A stretch of DNA of 64,000 nucleotides from Acutalibacteraceae bacterium. GTDB taxonomy: Bacteria > Bacillota > Clostridia > Oscillospirales > Acutalibacteraceae. The notes under the pieces are model-generated. The model was given only the letters and a program-made list of their open reading frames with translations. It was not told the DNA's origin and searched no databases. The stretch covers positions 17-64,016 of the forward strand of contig JAZNKN010000057.1 in assembly GCA_045578625.1 (NCBI GenBank). The letters are read 5' to 3'. How positions within the stretch are numbered: the stretch's first letter is position 1; every line of letters begins with the position of its first letter. Both the position numbers and the translations under genes were made by a program. Of the stretch, positions 39,381 through 49,409 are shown piece after piece.

Positions 39381-39417
39381 GCGTATCCGCCGCAAGGCGG
39401 GTGCGCGTTTCCGTTTT
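39379..39417 (+). terminator. Terminator after rnpB
   Basis: acgcgtatccgcc-gcaa-ggcgggtgcgcgt followed by ttccgtttt. Confidence 0.65.
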
Positions 39418-39465
39418 CTTGACAAATGGCATCAGTTTCGGTATACTACACTTGGAGGGATATGT

Positions 39466-40860
39466 ATGAAAGCTATGCGGTACTTTTTTACTGCCTTGGC
39501 AATTGTCATGACCTTTACCTGCGTCACGGGCTGCAGTTCCGATGATGCGGATACGCCAAACACCTCTGTTTCTAAGGAGGCAACAACGATGCCGACGGTG
39601 ACGACCGCAACGGTCGAAGAAGCACCGGTCACCGGCACTTATGGTACTACCACAGTCGCTGAGGGTGAAACGACGACCGCCGAGGAAGGCGAGGGGACAA
39701 CGACCACTGTTGCTCCAAATGTGTCTGTAACGGCTTCGGCCGGCCAGACCACCGGCACCGACAAAACCACGGCAGTTGTCACGACCACCAAGGCAACGAC
39801 CGCCACGACCGTTTCCAAACCGGTTGTTACACCGGCTCCCACACCGGTTGCACTCACCGCATTGTCGCAGGATGACTACTACGGTTTCCAATACGTATCC
39901 GGGCAAGGCGGCTCCTTGGTGGCGGCGTACGGCTGCGTAGCCGATGGCGTTGCCGCTATGGCAGAGGAGATTTTGCTGAAGGATGCCGGCGTTACGGTCA
40001 CCGAGTCCGAACTAAAAACGGCGATGCGCTGCTACCACGCGGACTATCCGCAGCATTTCTGGTACAATGGTGCTTATAACTATGTCATGGACGGCTCCGG
40101 TACGATCTTGTCAGTCAAACCAACCTATACCATGACCGCTTCACAGAAGCAGACTGCGCAGAAAAAAGTGGACGACGTGGTGAAGGAACTACTCGGTAAG
40201 GCGGCGTACGGTCAGACGGAATATGCCCGCGAGCTGATCCTGCACGACGCATTGGCCGATCGCGTCAAGTACGTGGCCGGTACCAACGCACACAATCTGT
40301 ACGGCGCACTGGTCGAGGGTAAGGCGGTTTGTGAAGGCTACGCCCGCGCGTTCCAGTATCTGCTGTATCAATCCGGTACGCAGTGCTTGTTTGTTGAAGG
40401 TACCGGCATTCGTCCGGGCGGCAGCAAGGGCGAGGCGCACGCGTGGAATGTAGTAAAGGTAGGCGGAAAATATTACCATACTGACGTCACGTGGGACGAT
40501 CAGTCGGATGCCACGATCTCGGTGATGCACGCCTTTTTCAATCTGAACGACACGCTTATCAAAGAAGGACACACCATCAGTGCTGACAATCCGTATCCCA
40601 TTCCGTCCTGCAATTCGACAGCCGAGAGTTATTTCGTAAAAGGGGATATTGAGATCAAGACCTTTAGTGCAGATCGGATCGCCGAGCTGTTTGCCAAAGG
40701 GAACGGTACTGCCACGGTATACGTTTCCAAAAACACGGTCAGTGAGTTTTTGACCTGGTTCCAAGCGAACGTATCCGATATCAGTAAAAAAGCCGGTCTG
40801 TCCGGCAAGGCATTCTCCCTGCAGTATTGCGGCCGTGAGGTCGTTATCACGACAAGGTAA
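39466..40860 (+). CDS. Lipoprotein with Thr-rich linker and transglutaminase-like cysteine protease core
   Basis: Lipobox FTCVTGC and a Thr/Val-rich linker. The Cys-His-Asp core context is GKAVCEGYARAF … EAHAWNVVKVGGKYYHTDVTWDD. Confidence 0.75.
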   Translation: MKAMRYFFTALAIVMTFTCVTGCSSDDADTPNTSVSKEATTMPTVTTATVEEAPVTGTYGTTTVAEGETTTAEEGEGTTTTVAPNVSVTASAGQTTGTDKTTAVVTTTKATTATTVSKPVVTPAPTPVALTALSQDDYYGFQYVSGQGGSLVAAYGCVADGVAAMAEEILLKDAGVTVTESELKTAMRCYHADYPQHFWYNGAYNYVMDGSGTILSVKPTYTMTASQKQTAQKKVDDVVKELLGKAAYGQTEYARELILHDALADRVKYVAGTNAHNLYGALVEGKAVCEGYARAFQYLLYQSGTQCLFVEGTGIRPGGSKGEAHAWNVVKVGGKYYHTDVTWDDQSDATISVMHAFFNLNDTLIKEGHTISADNPYPIPSCNSTAESYFVKGDIEIKTFSADRIAELFAKGNGTATVYVSKNTVSEFLTWFQANVSDISKKAGLSGKAFSLQYCGREVVITTR

Positions 40861-40889
40861 ACCATCGATTCGGAGTGGAGGAATATTAA

Positions 40890-41744
40890 ATGAGTAAGAA
40901 AGTCATCCTATGTGCCGATAGTACCTGCGACCTCAGTCCCGAACTGAAGGAGCGCTATGGTGTGTACACCTATCCGTTACACGTTTCGCTAGGCGAGGAT
41001 ACGTATCGTGACGGCGACGATTTAACTCCGGATGATATTTACCGCGTTTACAAGGAGAAAAATGTTCTCCCAAAGACGGCAGCTGTCAATATGGCGGAAT
41101 ATATCGACTTCTGCGGGAAGTTTATCGAGGAGGGGTACGAGGTTGTGTATATCAGCCTCGGCTCGGGCCTGTCCGCCTCGCATAACAACTGCCGACTGGC
41201 CTCGGAGGAGCTGCCAGGTCTGTATGTGGTGGACAGCTGCAACCTGTCCACCGGCATGGGTCTGCTCGTTCTGGAAGCGGCCGAGCGCGTTGCCGCCGGT
41301 ATGTCGGCCAAGCAGATCGCGGACGAGGTGCAGGCACTGGCGTGCAAGGTGGAAGCCAGCTTCGTTATCGACACGCTGGAATTTCTGCATAAAGGCGGCC
41401 GTTGCTCCGCTTTGGCAATGATGGGCGCCAACCTGCTGCAGCTCAAGCCCTGCATTGAGGTGGATAACACCAACGGCAAGATGGGCGTCAGCAAGAAATA
41501 CCGTGGCTCGTTGGATAAGGCGCTGCAGCAGTACGTGTACGATCGCCTCAAGGGTCGCGATGATATTCGCACCGACCGCATCTTCATTACCCACTCCGGT
41601 ATTTCGGAGGAGCGCATTGCGATCGTCAAGGCGGCGGTCGAGGAGTGCATGGCGTTTGACGAGATATTCATCACCCGCGCCGGCTGCACCATTTCCTCTC
41701 ATTGCGGCCCCAACACGTTGGGCATTCTGTTTATGAAGAAATAA
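40890..41744 (+). CDS. DegV family fatty-acid-binding protein
   Basis: 284 aa. Begins KVILCADSTCDL, with the C-terminus HCGPNTLGILF. Confidence 0.85.
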   Translation: MSKKVILCADSTCDLSPELKERYGVYTYPLHVSLGEDTYRDGDDLTPDDIYRVYKEKNVLPKTAAVNMAEYIDFCGKFIEEGYEVVYISLGSGLSASHNNCRLASEELPGLYVVDSCNLSTGMGLLVLEAAERVAAGMSAKQIADEVQALACKVEASFVIDTLEFLHKGGRCSALAMMGANLLQLKPCIEVDNTNGKMGVSKKYRGSLDKALQQYVYDRLKGRDDIRTDRIFITHSGISEERIAIVKAAVEECMAFDEIFITRAGCTISSHCGPNTLGILFMKK

Positions 41745-41760
41745 CCCCTTGGAAAAGTAA

Positions 41761-41797
41761 GATGCTCACCCTGCCAGCAGGGTGAGCATCATTTTTT
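41761..41797 (+). terminator. Rho-independent terminator after degV (overlaps the 3' end of the minus-strand ORF)
   Basis: gatgctcaccctg-ccag-cagggtgagcatc followed by ATTTTTT. Confidence 0.8.
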
Positions 41798-42041
41798 CTA
41801 TCATTAGGCCTAATGCGCCGCCGAGCAGCAGCAGCAGAAACTGCCGCAGACGTCGGCGTCGGCGCGCACGGCGCAGACCGGTATAGCCTTCTTGTGATCG
41901 CAGCATCCGCTGAGCCTCGTCGTGCAGCAGTTCTTCCGGCTCATCGGTGCACGCCGGACGCACCACCAGAAACGCCCGCTCAAAATAGGGACTTCCGGTG
42001 CCGGTCACCTCCACGATCTGTCGGCTGACCCCTTTTATCAT
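41766..42041 (-). CDS. Hypothetical small protein with Arg-rich segment and C-terminal TM helix
   Basis: 91 aa, SD AAAGGGGGG. Its last codons are encoded by the degV terminator hairpin. I recognised no family. Confidence 0.45.
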   Translation of the reverse strand: MIKGVSRQIVEVTGTGSPYFERAFLVVRPACTDEPEELLHDEAQRMLRSQEGYTGLRRARRRRRLRQFLLLLLGGALGLMIEKMMLTLLAG

Positions 42042-42333
42042 ACGCGCCCCCCCTTTGATAAATTGTCACGGAAGGAGTATGGGAAGGGGGTGGTGATTTA
42101 TGCAAAAAATCAGGGTAAAAATTCCGTCGAAACGGCGTGTCGGACAAGGCAATATAACTCTTTGTAATAATTTGTTTTTCACCGTTTTGGTGGAAAACTC
42201 TGTGGAAAATGTGAACAAATCGCGGTTTCAAAGGGGTTTTCACAGGCGTTTGCCGTCGAAAAACCCTCGATTTTCTATTTTTTACCGTTTTTTTGCATAC
42301 AAACTGTTGAATTTTTCACCGCATACGAATGCA

Positions 42334-43026
42334 TCACGGCATACGGCTGGTGAGGTACTGCACCGACCGTTCGACAGCATCGCGCGAATTGCCCCAATCG
42401 GCCCCTTCGCTGCTGCTGCGATAGTCAAACATTTTGCAGAAATGTGACACGTCGCCGTGCAGCTCGCTCAGCGTGCGGCGGGACAGCTCGGCGGCGACCT
42501 TGGCGAATTCCGGCACCCGCTTTTTGTTCATACACGCCTCGGCGGTGCCGACCAGTCGGGTGAAGTGGGGGAGACACAGCTGCGGCTGCTCGGCAAACAG
42601 TTTGCGGAAATCGTCCTCGTTTTCCCACAGACGGCAGACGGTGGCGAGCATACGCTCCATCGCCCAATCTACCTGCTTGCACAGAAAGCACGTTGCCCCG
42701 CGCTCGCCGGCATTCTTCGCCTGCTTGCGTCCATTGACACCGAGGAGGGGCGTGCTTTTGAACACCTGCTGCTCCAACTCGTCCAGATGGCTTTCCAACA
42801 TCAGCGCCACACCCAAACGGTTGCGCTGCTTTAAGATCAGGCGATAATGGTCGATGCAAAAGCCCAACCGATTGGTCTCAATACGCACGTCCGGCTCCAT
42901 CATCGCGGCACCGGTGATATATTCCGCCACCCGCTTCTCCAACAGGTCGCGCATTCGGCAGATGGGACAGCCGTCCTTGGGTTCAAAAACCTCACTTACG
43001 GGAATACTGGTGATATCCTCACGCAT
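42334..43026 (-). CDS. Hypothetical Cys-rich protein (DUF6062-like, from memory)
   Basis: Contains CPICR, CIDH, CFLC and CLPHF motifs, suggesting metal binding. The ATG at 43026 follows GAGGAAAGGA; the track start is a GTG at 43035. Confidence 0.5.
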   Translation of the reverse strand: MREDITSIPVSEVFEPKDGCPICRMRDLLEKRVAEYITGAAMMEPDVRIETNRLGFCIDHYRLILKQRNRLGVALMLESHLDELEQQVFKSTPLLGVNGRKQAKNAGERGATCFLCKQVDWAMERMLATVCRLWENEDDFRKLFAEQPQLCLPHFTRLVGTAEACMNKKRVPEFAKVAAELSRRTLSELHGDVSHFCKMFDYRSSSEGADWGNSRDAVERSVQYLTSRMP

Positions 43027-43175
43027 CGGGAACACATCCTTTCCTCACAAGTATACCAATATCCGCCCCTCGGCACAAGTTTTTTTAAAAAAGTAGCGGA
43101 TTTTTTGCAAAAACTCTTTCAAATTTCGCAGAGATGGTGTATAATATCACCACATTGATTTAGGAGGTCAATTTT

Positions 43176-44111
43176 ATGCCTTTGGTAAATACGAAAGAGA
43201 TGTTCCAGAAAGCGTACGAGGGCGGCTACGCCATCGGCGCGTTCAACGTCAACGACATGGAGATCGTGCAGGGCATCGTCGATGCTTGCAAGGAGATGAA
43301 CTCTCCTGTCATCCTACAGGTATCCGGCTCGGCTCGTAAATATGCTCGCCACGGCTATCTGTACCACATGGTGCAGGCCGCAGTGGAAGAGACCGGTCTG
43401 CCGATCGCGCTGCATCTGGACCATGGCTCCAGCTTTGAGCTGTGCAAGGAGTGCATCGACGGTGGCTTCACCTCCGTGATGATCGACGGCTCTCATCTGC
43501 CGTACGAGGAGAACGTGGAAGTGACCCGCAAGGTCGTGGAGTATGCGCACGCCCGCGGTGTCACGGTGGAAGGCGAGTTGGGTCAGCTGGCCGGTGTTGA
43601 GGACGAAGTCAGTGTTGAAGCGGATAAGGCCAACTACACCGATCCTGAGCAGGTGCAGGATTTTGTGACCCGCACCGGCGTGGATTCGCTGGCGATCGCC
43701 ATCGGCACCAGCCATGGCGCGTTCAAGTTCAAGCCCGGCCAGAAGCCGCAGCTTCGCTTTGACATTCTGAAGGAGGTCATGGATCGCCTGCCCGGCTTCC
43801 CGATCGTGCTGCACGGCGCTTCCTCGGTTATGCCGGAGTACGTCGCCATCGTCAATCAGTACGGCGGCCAGATGGCGGATGCCATCGGCATTCCGGAGGA
43901 TATGCTGCGTGAAGCGGCGTCCCTCGCCGTCTGCAAGATCAACGTGGACTCCGACCTGCGCCTGGCGCTGACCGCCGGTATTCGTCGTCATCTGGCGGAG
44001 AACCCGACGCACTTCGATCCCCGCCAGTATCTGGGCGAGGGCCGCACCTGCATCACCGAAGTGGTGAAGCACAAGATCCAGAACGTTCTGGGCAGCGCCG
44101 GTCGCGCTTAA
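43176..44111 (+). CDS. fba: Class II fructose-1,6-bisphosphate aldolase
   Basis: 311 aa with YAIGAFNVNDME, LHLDHG and IGTSHGAFKF. Confidence 0.9.
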   Translation: MPLVNTKEMFQKAYEGGYAIGAFNVNDMEIVQGIVDACKEMNSPVILQVSGSARKYARHGYLYHMVQAAVEETGLPIALHLDHGSSFELCKECIDGGFTSVMIDGSHLPYEENVEVTRKVVEYAHARGVTVEGELGQLAGVEDEVSVEADKANYTDPEQVQDFVTRTGVDSLAIAIGTSHGAFKFKPGQKPQLRFDILKEVMDRLPGFPIVLHGASSVMPEYVAIVNQYGGQMADAIGIPEDMLREAASLAVCKINVDSDLRLALTAGIRRHLAENPTHFDPRQYLGEGRTCITEVVKHKIQNVLGSAGRA

Positions 44112-44192
44112 TTTCGGTTTTATCAAAGACCCTGCTGATCTCGGTTGGCAGGGTCTTGCTTTAGATATCCCGCAGAAAGGATGGGATCTGCC

Positions 44193-46718
44193 ATGTCCCT
44201 CTTGGTCATCGACGGCAACAGCATCCTCAACCGTGCCTTTTACGGTATCAAGGTGCTGACCACACACGATGGAACGCCCACCAACGCCTTGGTCGGCTTC
44301 CTCAATATCTACCACCGCCTGTTGGATCAAACCAAGGCAGACGCGGTGGCGGTCGCCTTTGACCGTAAGGCACCGACCTTCCGCCACGCGATGTACAGTG
44401 AATACAAGGCAGGGCGTAAGGGTATGCCGGAGGAGCTGGCGATGCAGCTGCCGCTTATCAAGGAGCTGCTCACGTATATGGGCTGCTCGGTGGTGGAGCA
44501 GGATGGCTACGAGGCAGATGACATTCTCGGCACGCTGTCCGCGGCTGCGGCGGCACAGGGCGTGCCGTGCTACATCGCCACCGGCGACCGCGACTCGCTG
44601 CAACTCGTGGGGGACGGTGTTACCGTTCTTCTCGCGGCGACACGGATGGGGCAGCCGGAAACGTTGGTCTACGACCGCGCCGCCATCCAAGAAAAATACG
44701 GTCTTTCTCCGGAGCAGCTTATCGATCTGAAAGCCCTGATGGGTGACTCCAGCGATAACATCCCCGGTGTTCCCGGTGTGGGTGAAAAGACCGCGCTGGA
44801 CCTGCTGCATCAGTTCGGCACGTTGGACGGCGTGTACGAGCATCTGTCGGACGTGCGCGACAGCCTGCGCCGTAAGCTGGAGGCGGGGCGCGAGAGCGCT
44901 TATCTCAGCCGTCAGCTGGGCGAGATCTGCCGCACGATGCCGCTTACGGACACCGCACCGTCCGCATATGCGCTGCGCGAGCCGCAGCGTGACGAGCTTG
45001 CGCTGCTGATGACACGGTTGGAGCTGTTTAAGCTGATGGACCGTATGGGCGTTGCTCCCGCCACTGCCGCACCGACCGCGGCACAGGCGGCACCGGCCTT
45101 GACCGAGGCCGACGCTGCCCAGCTTCTTGCTTGTTCGGTCATTGACATTTGGGTGGCGGAGGATACCGTGTGGCTGTCGGCAGACGGCAAGGCGGCTTCG
45201 CTGCCGGTAAACGATCTGTTCTTTTTGAACTGTCTGGCCGATCCCGCCGTGGGCAAACGCGTGGCAGATACCAAGGCATTGGCGGCGCTCGCGTTGGAAT
45301 ACGGCGTGACCCTCGCCGGTGTCACGATGGACACGCAGCTTGCCGCGTACCTGTTGGACCCCTTGGCATCCGGCTATGAGCTGCTGCGTGTTGCGCAGCA
45401 ATACGGCGTGGCGGCACCCGAGGGCGAGCAGCCGGAGGAGCTGCGCGTGCTGTCGCCGCTTGCGGATAAATTGACCGCGGAGATCGCTGCCGCGGGTCAG
45501 GACAAGCTGCTGCGCGAGATGGAGATCCCGCTGGCACTGGTGTTGGCGGATATGGAGCGCGTCGGTTTTGCCGTGGACCGTGAGGGGCTGCAGCGGTTCG
45601 GCACGGCGCTCGGTGAGCATATTGACGAGCTCACCGCCGGCATCGCCGAGGCGGTGGGCTATGCGTTTAACCTAAATTCCCCAAAGCAGCTTGCCAAGGC
45701 ACTGTTTGAGGACCTCGGTCTGCCGGCCAAAAAGAAGACCAAATCCGGGTATTCCACCAACGCCGAGGTGTTGGAGAGCCTGCGCAATGCGCATCCCGTC
45801 GTGGGGATGATCTTGGATTACCGCACGCTGTCCAAGCTGAAATCCACCTATTGCGACGGCTTGGAGAAGGAGATCGCCGAGGACGGACGCATTCATACCA
45901 GTTTTAATCAGACGGAGACCCGCACCGGCCGTATCTCCTCCACCGAACCCAATCTGCAGAACATTCCGGTGCGACAGGAGCTCGGCCGCGAGTTGCGCCG
46001 CTTCTTCCACGCCCGCGACGGCGCGGTGCTGTGCGATGCGGACTACTCGCAGATCGAACTGCGGGTACTGGCAGCGTTGTCCGGTGACGAGACAATGGTG
46101 CGCGCCTTCAATGAGGAAGAGGACATTCATCGCATCACCGCCGCGCAGGTGTTCAACGTGCCGGAGGAGATGGTGACTCCGTTGATGCGCTCGCAGGCCA
46201 AGGCGGTCAATTTCGGCATCGTCTACGGCATCGGTGCGCACTCGCTGTCCGAGGATATCCACGTCTCCTACGGCGAGGCGAAGCGATACATTGACCAGTA
46301 TTTGGCAAAGTACAGTGCTGTCGCCGGTTATATGGATAACCTGATCGAGACGGCGCGGCAGACCGGCTATGCCGAAACGTTGTTCGGTCGTCGTCGGCCG
46401 TTGCCCGAACTGAGGGTTACTAATCACATGACTCGCGCCTTTGGTGAGCGCGTTGCCCGCAATATGCCGATCCAAGGTACGGCGGCGGATATTATCAAAC
46501 TAGCGATGATCCGTGTACACGAGCGCCTGCGCCGTGAAGGCCTGGATGCGCAGCTGATCCTGCAGGTGCACGACGAACTCATCGTGGAGGCAGCCGAGCA
46601 GGATGCCGACCGCGCCTCGGCAGTGCTGCAGGAGGAAATGGAAGCTGCGGCATCTCTTGCGGTGCGTCTGCGTGCGGACGTGCATACCGGTAAGACGTGG
46701 TACGACGCTAAGCAATAA
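44193..46718 (+). CDS. polA: DNA polymerase I
   Basis: The 5'-nuclease N-terminus begins MSLLVIDGNSILNRAFY. Polymerase motifs are DYSQIELRVLA, RSQAKAVNFGIVYG and QVHDELIVE. The track ORF starts 16 codons upstream. Confidence 0.95.
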   Translation: MSLLVIDGNSILNRAFYGIKVLTTHDGTPTNALVGFLNIYHRLLDQTKADAVAVAFDRKAPTFRHAMYSEYKAGRKGMPEELAMQLPLIKELLTYMGCSVVEQDGYEADDILGTLSAAAAAQGVPCYIATGDRDSLQLVGDGVTVLLAATRMGQPETLVYDRAAIQEKYGLSPEQLIDLKALMGDSSDNIPGVPGVGEKTALDLLHQFGTLDGVYEHLSDVRDSLRRKLEAGRESAYLSRQLGEICRTMPLTDTAPSAYALREPQRDELALLMTRLELFKLMDRMGVAPATAAPTAAQAAPALTEADAAQLLACSVIDIWVAEDTVWLSADGKAASLPVNDLFFLNCLADPAVGKRVADTKALAALALEYGVTLAGVTMDTQLAAYLLDPLASGYELLRVAQQYGVAAPEGEQPEELRVLSPLADKLTAEIAAAGQDKLLREMEIPLALVLADMERVGFAVDREGLQRFGTALGEHIDELTAGIAEAVGYAFNLNSPKQLAKALFEDLGLPAKKKTKSGYSTNAEVLESLRNAHPVVGMILDYRTLSKLKSTYCDGLEKEIAEDGRIHTSFNQTETRTGRISSTEPNLQNIPVRQELGRELRRFFHARDGAVLCDADYSQIELRVLAALSGDETMVRAFNEEEDIHRITAAQVFNVPEEMVTPLMRSQAKAVNFGIVYGIGAHSLSEDIHVSYGEAKRYIDQYLAKYSAVAGYMDNLIETARQTGYAETLFGRRRPLPELRVTNHMTRAFGERVARNMPIQGTAADIIKLAMIRVHERLRREGLDAQLILQVHDELIVEAAEQDADRASAVLQEEMEAAASLAVRLRADVHTGKTWYDAKQ

Positions 46719-46804
46719 GTTTTTTCGCCTTTTGCGGGAAAATCTCTTTGCGCAGCGCGAAATTTATGGTACACTGTAAGAAACACGCGAAAGGAGAATG
46801 CCCC

Positions 46805-47227
46805 ATGACCCGCATCGTCACGCACAGCGTCGCAGAGACCCAGGCTGTCGGCAGCAGCTTGGCTCGGCACTGCACGGCCGGTACGGTGGTGGCATTCTTC
46901 GGTGGCTTGGGTATGGGCAAGACCGCGTTTGTTCGGGGAATGGCACAGGTGCTGTCTCCGGCGGCGGAGGTGTCCAGCCCCACCTTTGCGTTGGTCAACG
47001 ACTACGGCGGTACACCGCCGCTCGTGCATTTTGATATGTACCGTGTCACTGGCTGGGAGGATCTCGATACCACCGGCTTCTTCGATTATCTGGACGCCGG
47101 CGCGATCCTTGCCGTAGAGTGGAGCGAAAACATTGAGGCGGCGCTACCGGAGGACGCGGTGCGCATCACCTTTGAACGTCTGTCCGAAACTGACCGTGCC
47201 ATCACGGTAGAGGGGGTGTCGCTGTGA
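46805..47227 (+). CDS. tsaE: tRNA t6A37 biosynthesis ATPase TsaE
   Basis: P-loop GGLGMGKT, plus SPTFALVNDY and HFDMYR. SD AAAGGAGA. Confidence 0.85.
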   Translation: MTRIVTHSVAETQAVGSSLARHCTAGTVVAFFGGLGMGKTAFVRGMAQVLSPAAEVSSPTFALVNDYGGTPPLVHFDMYRVTGWEDLDTTGFFDYLDAGAILAVEWSENIEAALPEDAVRITFERLSETDRAITVEGVSL

Positions 47228-47958
47228 AAGCGTTACCGCAACCGTATACGCTGCTGGCGGTGGAATCCTCCGCCGGTCCTGCCTCCTGCGCGGTACTGCG
47301 CGTGGAGGACGGACGCGAAACGCTGCTTTGCTCCGCGTCTGTCAACACCCGCCTGACCCACAGCCAGACCCTGATGCCGATGATCGAGGATATGCTGCGC
47401 AATGCCGGTCTGTCGCTGGACGCGGTGGATGCCTTGGCGGTTGCGGTCGGCCCCGGTTCGTTCACCGGTGTTCGCATCGGTGTGGCGGCAGTCAAGGGCT
47501 TGGCATTTCCGCAGGACCTGCCCTGCGTACCGGTCTCCACGTTGGAGGGGATGGCACGCCGCTTTGAAGGGCTGCCGATGAACTGTGATATTTTGACGGC
47601 GATGGATGCCCGCTGCCGTCAGGTGTATACCGCCCTGTTTTCGCTGCACGACGGCGTGCTGACGCGGGAAACGCCGGACGAGGCGCTGTCGCTGGACGAG
47701 CTGTCCGAGCGCTTGACGATGCGAGAGCGTCCCATTCTGGTGGTGGGGGACGGCGCAGCGCTGTGCTGTGCCGAAATGCCGCATTTGCGGCTTGCTCCCG
47801 CCGGTCAGCGTGACCAAAGCGCGGTGGGCGTTGCCCGTGCCGCCGTGCCGCGGTTGGCCGCCGACGAATGCGTGTCGGGGGATACGCTGCTTCCCGTGTA
47901 CCTGCGCCTGCCGCAGGCAGAGCGTGAGTTGCGCCGCCGTCAGGCCGAGGGCAAATAA
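47224..47958 (+). CDS. tsaB: tRNA t6A37 biosynthesis protein TsaB
   Basis: 4-nt overlap with tsaE, plus [13 protein letters not shown]. Confidence 0.85.
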   Translation: MKALPQPYTLLAVESSAGPASCAVLRVEDGRETLLCSASVNTRLTHSQTLMPMIEDMLRNAGLSLDAVDALAVAVGPGSFTGVRIGVAAVKGLAFPQDLPCVPVSTLEGMARRFEGLPMNCDILTAMDARCRQVYTALFSLHDGVLTRETPDEALSLDELSERLTMRERPILVVGDGAALCCAEMPHLRLAPAGQRDQSAVGVARAAVPRLAADECVSGDTLLPVYLRLPQAERELRRRQAEGK

Positions 47959-48017
47959 CCGTTGGAATCCTTCCGCGTGTGTCGCGGATCATCATTACCA
48001 TACTGGAGGTTACTGTT

Positions 48018-48647
48018 ATGTCTAAGCCGTTTATTGCGGAGCATCCGTTGATCCAACACAAGGTCTCGATCCTGCGCGACAAGAGCACCAGCTCCAAGCA
48101 GTTCCGCGAGCTCATCCGTGAGATCACCCAGCTGATGGTGTATGAGGCGACCCGCGATCTGCCGCTGTGCGACGCTATCGTTGAAACGCCGATGGCAGTG
48201 ATGACCGGCAAGAAGATCGCCGGCCGCAAGCTGGCGTTCGTGCCGATCCTGCGTGCCGGTCTGGGTATGGTGGACGGCGCGGTGGAGCTGGTTCCCTCGG
48301 CGCGTGTGGGCCACATCGGTCTGTACCGCAACGAGGAGACCCTCAAGCCGGTAGAATACTATTGCAAGCTTCCCGGTGATATTGAGGAGCGCGAGGTCAT
48401 CGTGCTGGATCCCATGCTGGCGACCGGCGGCTCCGCAGTGGATGCTATCGGCCAGATCAAGCAGCGCGGTCCCAAAAGCATCAAGTTTATGTGCATCATT
48501 GCCGCTCCCGAAGGCCTGAAGGCGCTGACGGAAGCCCATCCGGATGTGCAGGTCTACTGCGCCGCACTGGATGACCATCTCAATGAAAAGGGCTATATCG
48601 TTCCCGGTCTCGGCGATGCCGGCGACCGTATTTTCGGTACGAAATGA
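48018..48647 (+). CDS. upp: Uracil phosphoribosyltransferase
   Basis: Begins [15 protein letters not shown] and contains [11 protein letters not shown] and [12 protein letters not shown]. Confidence 0.95.
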   Translation: MSKPFIAEHPLIQHKVSILRDKSTSSKQFRELIREITQLMVYEATRDLPLCDAIVETPMAVMTGKKIAGRKLAFVPILRAGLGMVDGAVELVPSARVGHIGLYRNEETLKPVEYYCKLPGDIEEREVIVLDPMLATGGSAVDAIGQIKQRGPKSIKFMCIIAAPEGLKALTEAHPDVQVYCAALDDHLNEKGYIVPGLGDAGDRIFGTK

Positions 48648-48764
48648 TCAAAGCCGCCTTCCTGCGTTTCGGCAGGGAGGCGGCTTCGTTGTTTATTTGA
48701 CTTTTTCGCAAAAATGCGGTACAATACCACCGAATATGGAGTTTTTGAAAAAGAGGGGATAGTT

Positions 48765-49409
48765 ATGCAGATCTCACCGTCGATCTTAACCTGTGATTTC
48801 GCACATCTGGCGGAGGAATTGGCGTTTGTGGAAGCCTCCGGTGCCGATATGGTGCATCTGGATGTGATGGACGGCGTGTTTGTTCCGAATTTAAGCTTCG
48901 GTCCGCCGGTGATCGCGCGGATGCGTCCGCTGACCTCCCTGTTTTTTGACGTGCATCTGATGATGGAGTATCCCGACCGTTTGGTCAAGGCGTTTGCCGA
49001 TGCCGGCGCGGATCTCATCAACTTCCATATTGAAAGTGCCGCTCCGGTTGCGGAGACGTTGGCACAGATCCACGCGCTCGGCAAGCAAGCCGCGCTCACC
49101 CTCAAGCCCAAAACGCCGGCCGAGGCGGTGTTCCCGTACCTCCATCAGGTAGAGATGGTGCTGGTGATGACGGTGGAGCCCGGCTTTGGCGGTCAGAAGT
49201 TTATGGCGGACCAGATGCCGAAAGTACGCGCGCTGCGTGAGGAGATCGATCGCCGCGGTCTGTCGGTCAAGATCCAGGTGGATGGCGGTGTTTCTGCGGT
49301 GACCGCACCGGAAACGGCGGCGGCAGGCGCGGATATTGCCGTGGTGGGCAGTGCGCTGTTCAACGCGGAGGATCCGGCAGCGTTGGTGCAGGAGATCCAT
49401 GCGCTGTAA
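48765..49409 (+). CDS. rpe: Ribulose-phosphate 3-epimerase
   Basis: Begins MQISPSILTCDF and contains HLDVMDG and MTVEPGFGGQKF. Confidence 0.9.
   Translation: MQISPSILTCDFAHLAEELAFVEASGADMVHLDVMDGVFVPNLSFGPPVIARMRPLTSLFFDVHLMMEYPDRLVKAFADAGADLINFHIESAAPVAETLAQIHALGKQAALTLKPKTPAEAVFPYLHQVEMVLVMTVEPGFGGQKFMADQMPKVRALREEIDRRGLSVKIQVDGGVSAVTAPETAAAGADIAVVGSALFNAEDPAALVQEIHAL

Noticed and set aside
42170-42250. DnaA-box cluster / replication origin
   Set aside because: The boxes carry one or more mismatches each from TTATCCACA. There is no dnaA/dnaN context or AT-rich unwinding repeats. The region is kept only as a low-interest motif cluster.
42100-42447. 115-aa plus-strand ORF with an SD-like GGGGGTGG upstream
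   Set aside because: Its codon usage is AT-rich and atypical for this genome, and the product is very basic and low complexity. Its 3' third overlaps the DUF6062-like gene in antisense. It is probably non-coding, though Ribo-seq could revisit this.
43314-45620. 768-aa minus-strand ORF
   Set aside because: It is antisense to the confidently identified fba and polA genes, has no recognisable domain and has an Arg/Gln/His-rich composition. The same reasoning applies to 17498..18910 (antisense to deoB), 28830..30002 (antisense to metY), 37487..39040 (antisense to clpC), 21366..22481 (antisense to recD2) and 34498..35358 (antisense to ctsR/mcsA).
49360-49409. 50-nt convergent overlap between rpe and the MecA-like gene
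   Set aside because: The most likely cause is that the MecA-like frame simply lacks an earlier stop (its tail is …LLTAHGSPAPTLPDPPR). I saw no hairpin or regulatory signature, so it is not treated as a finding.
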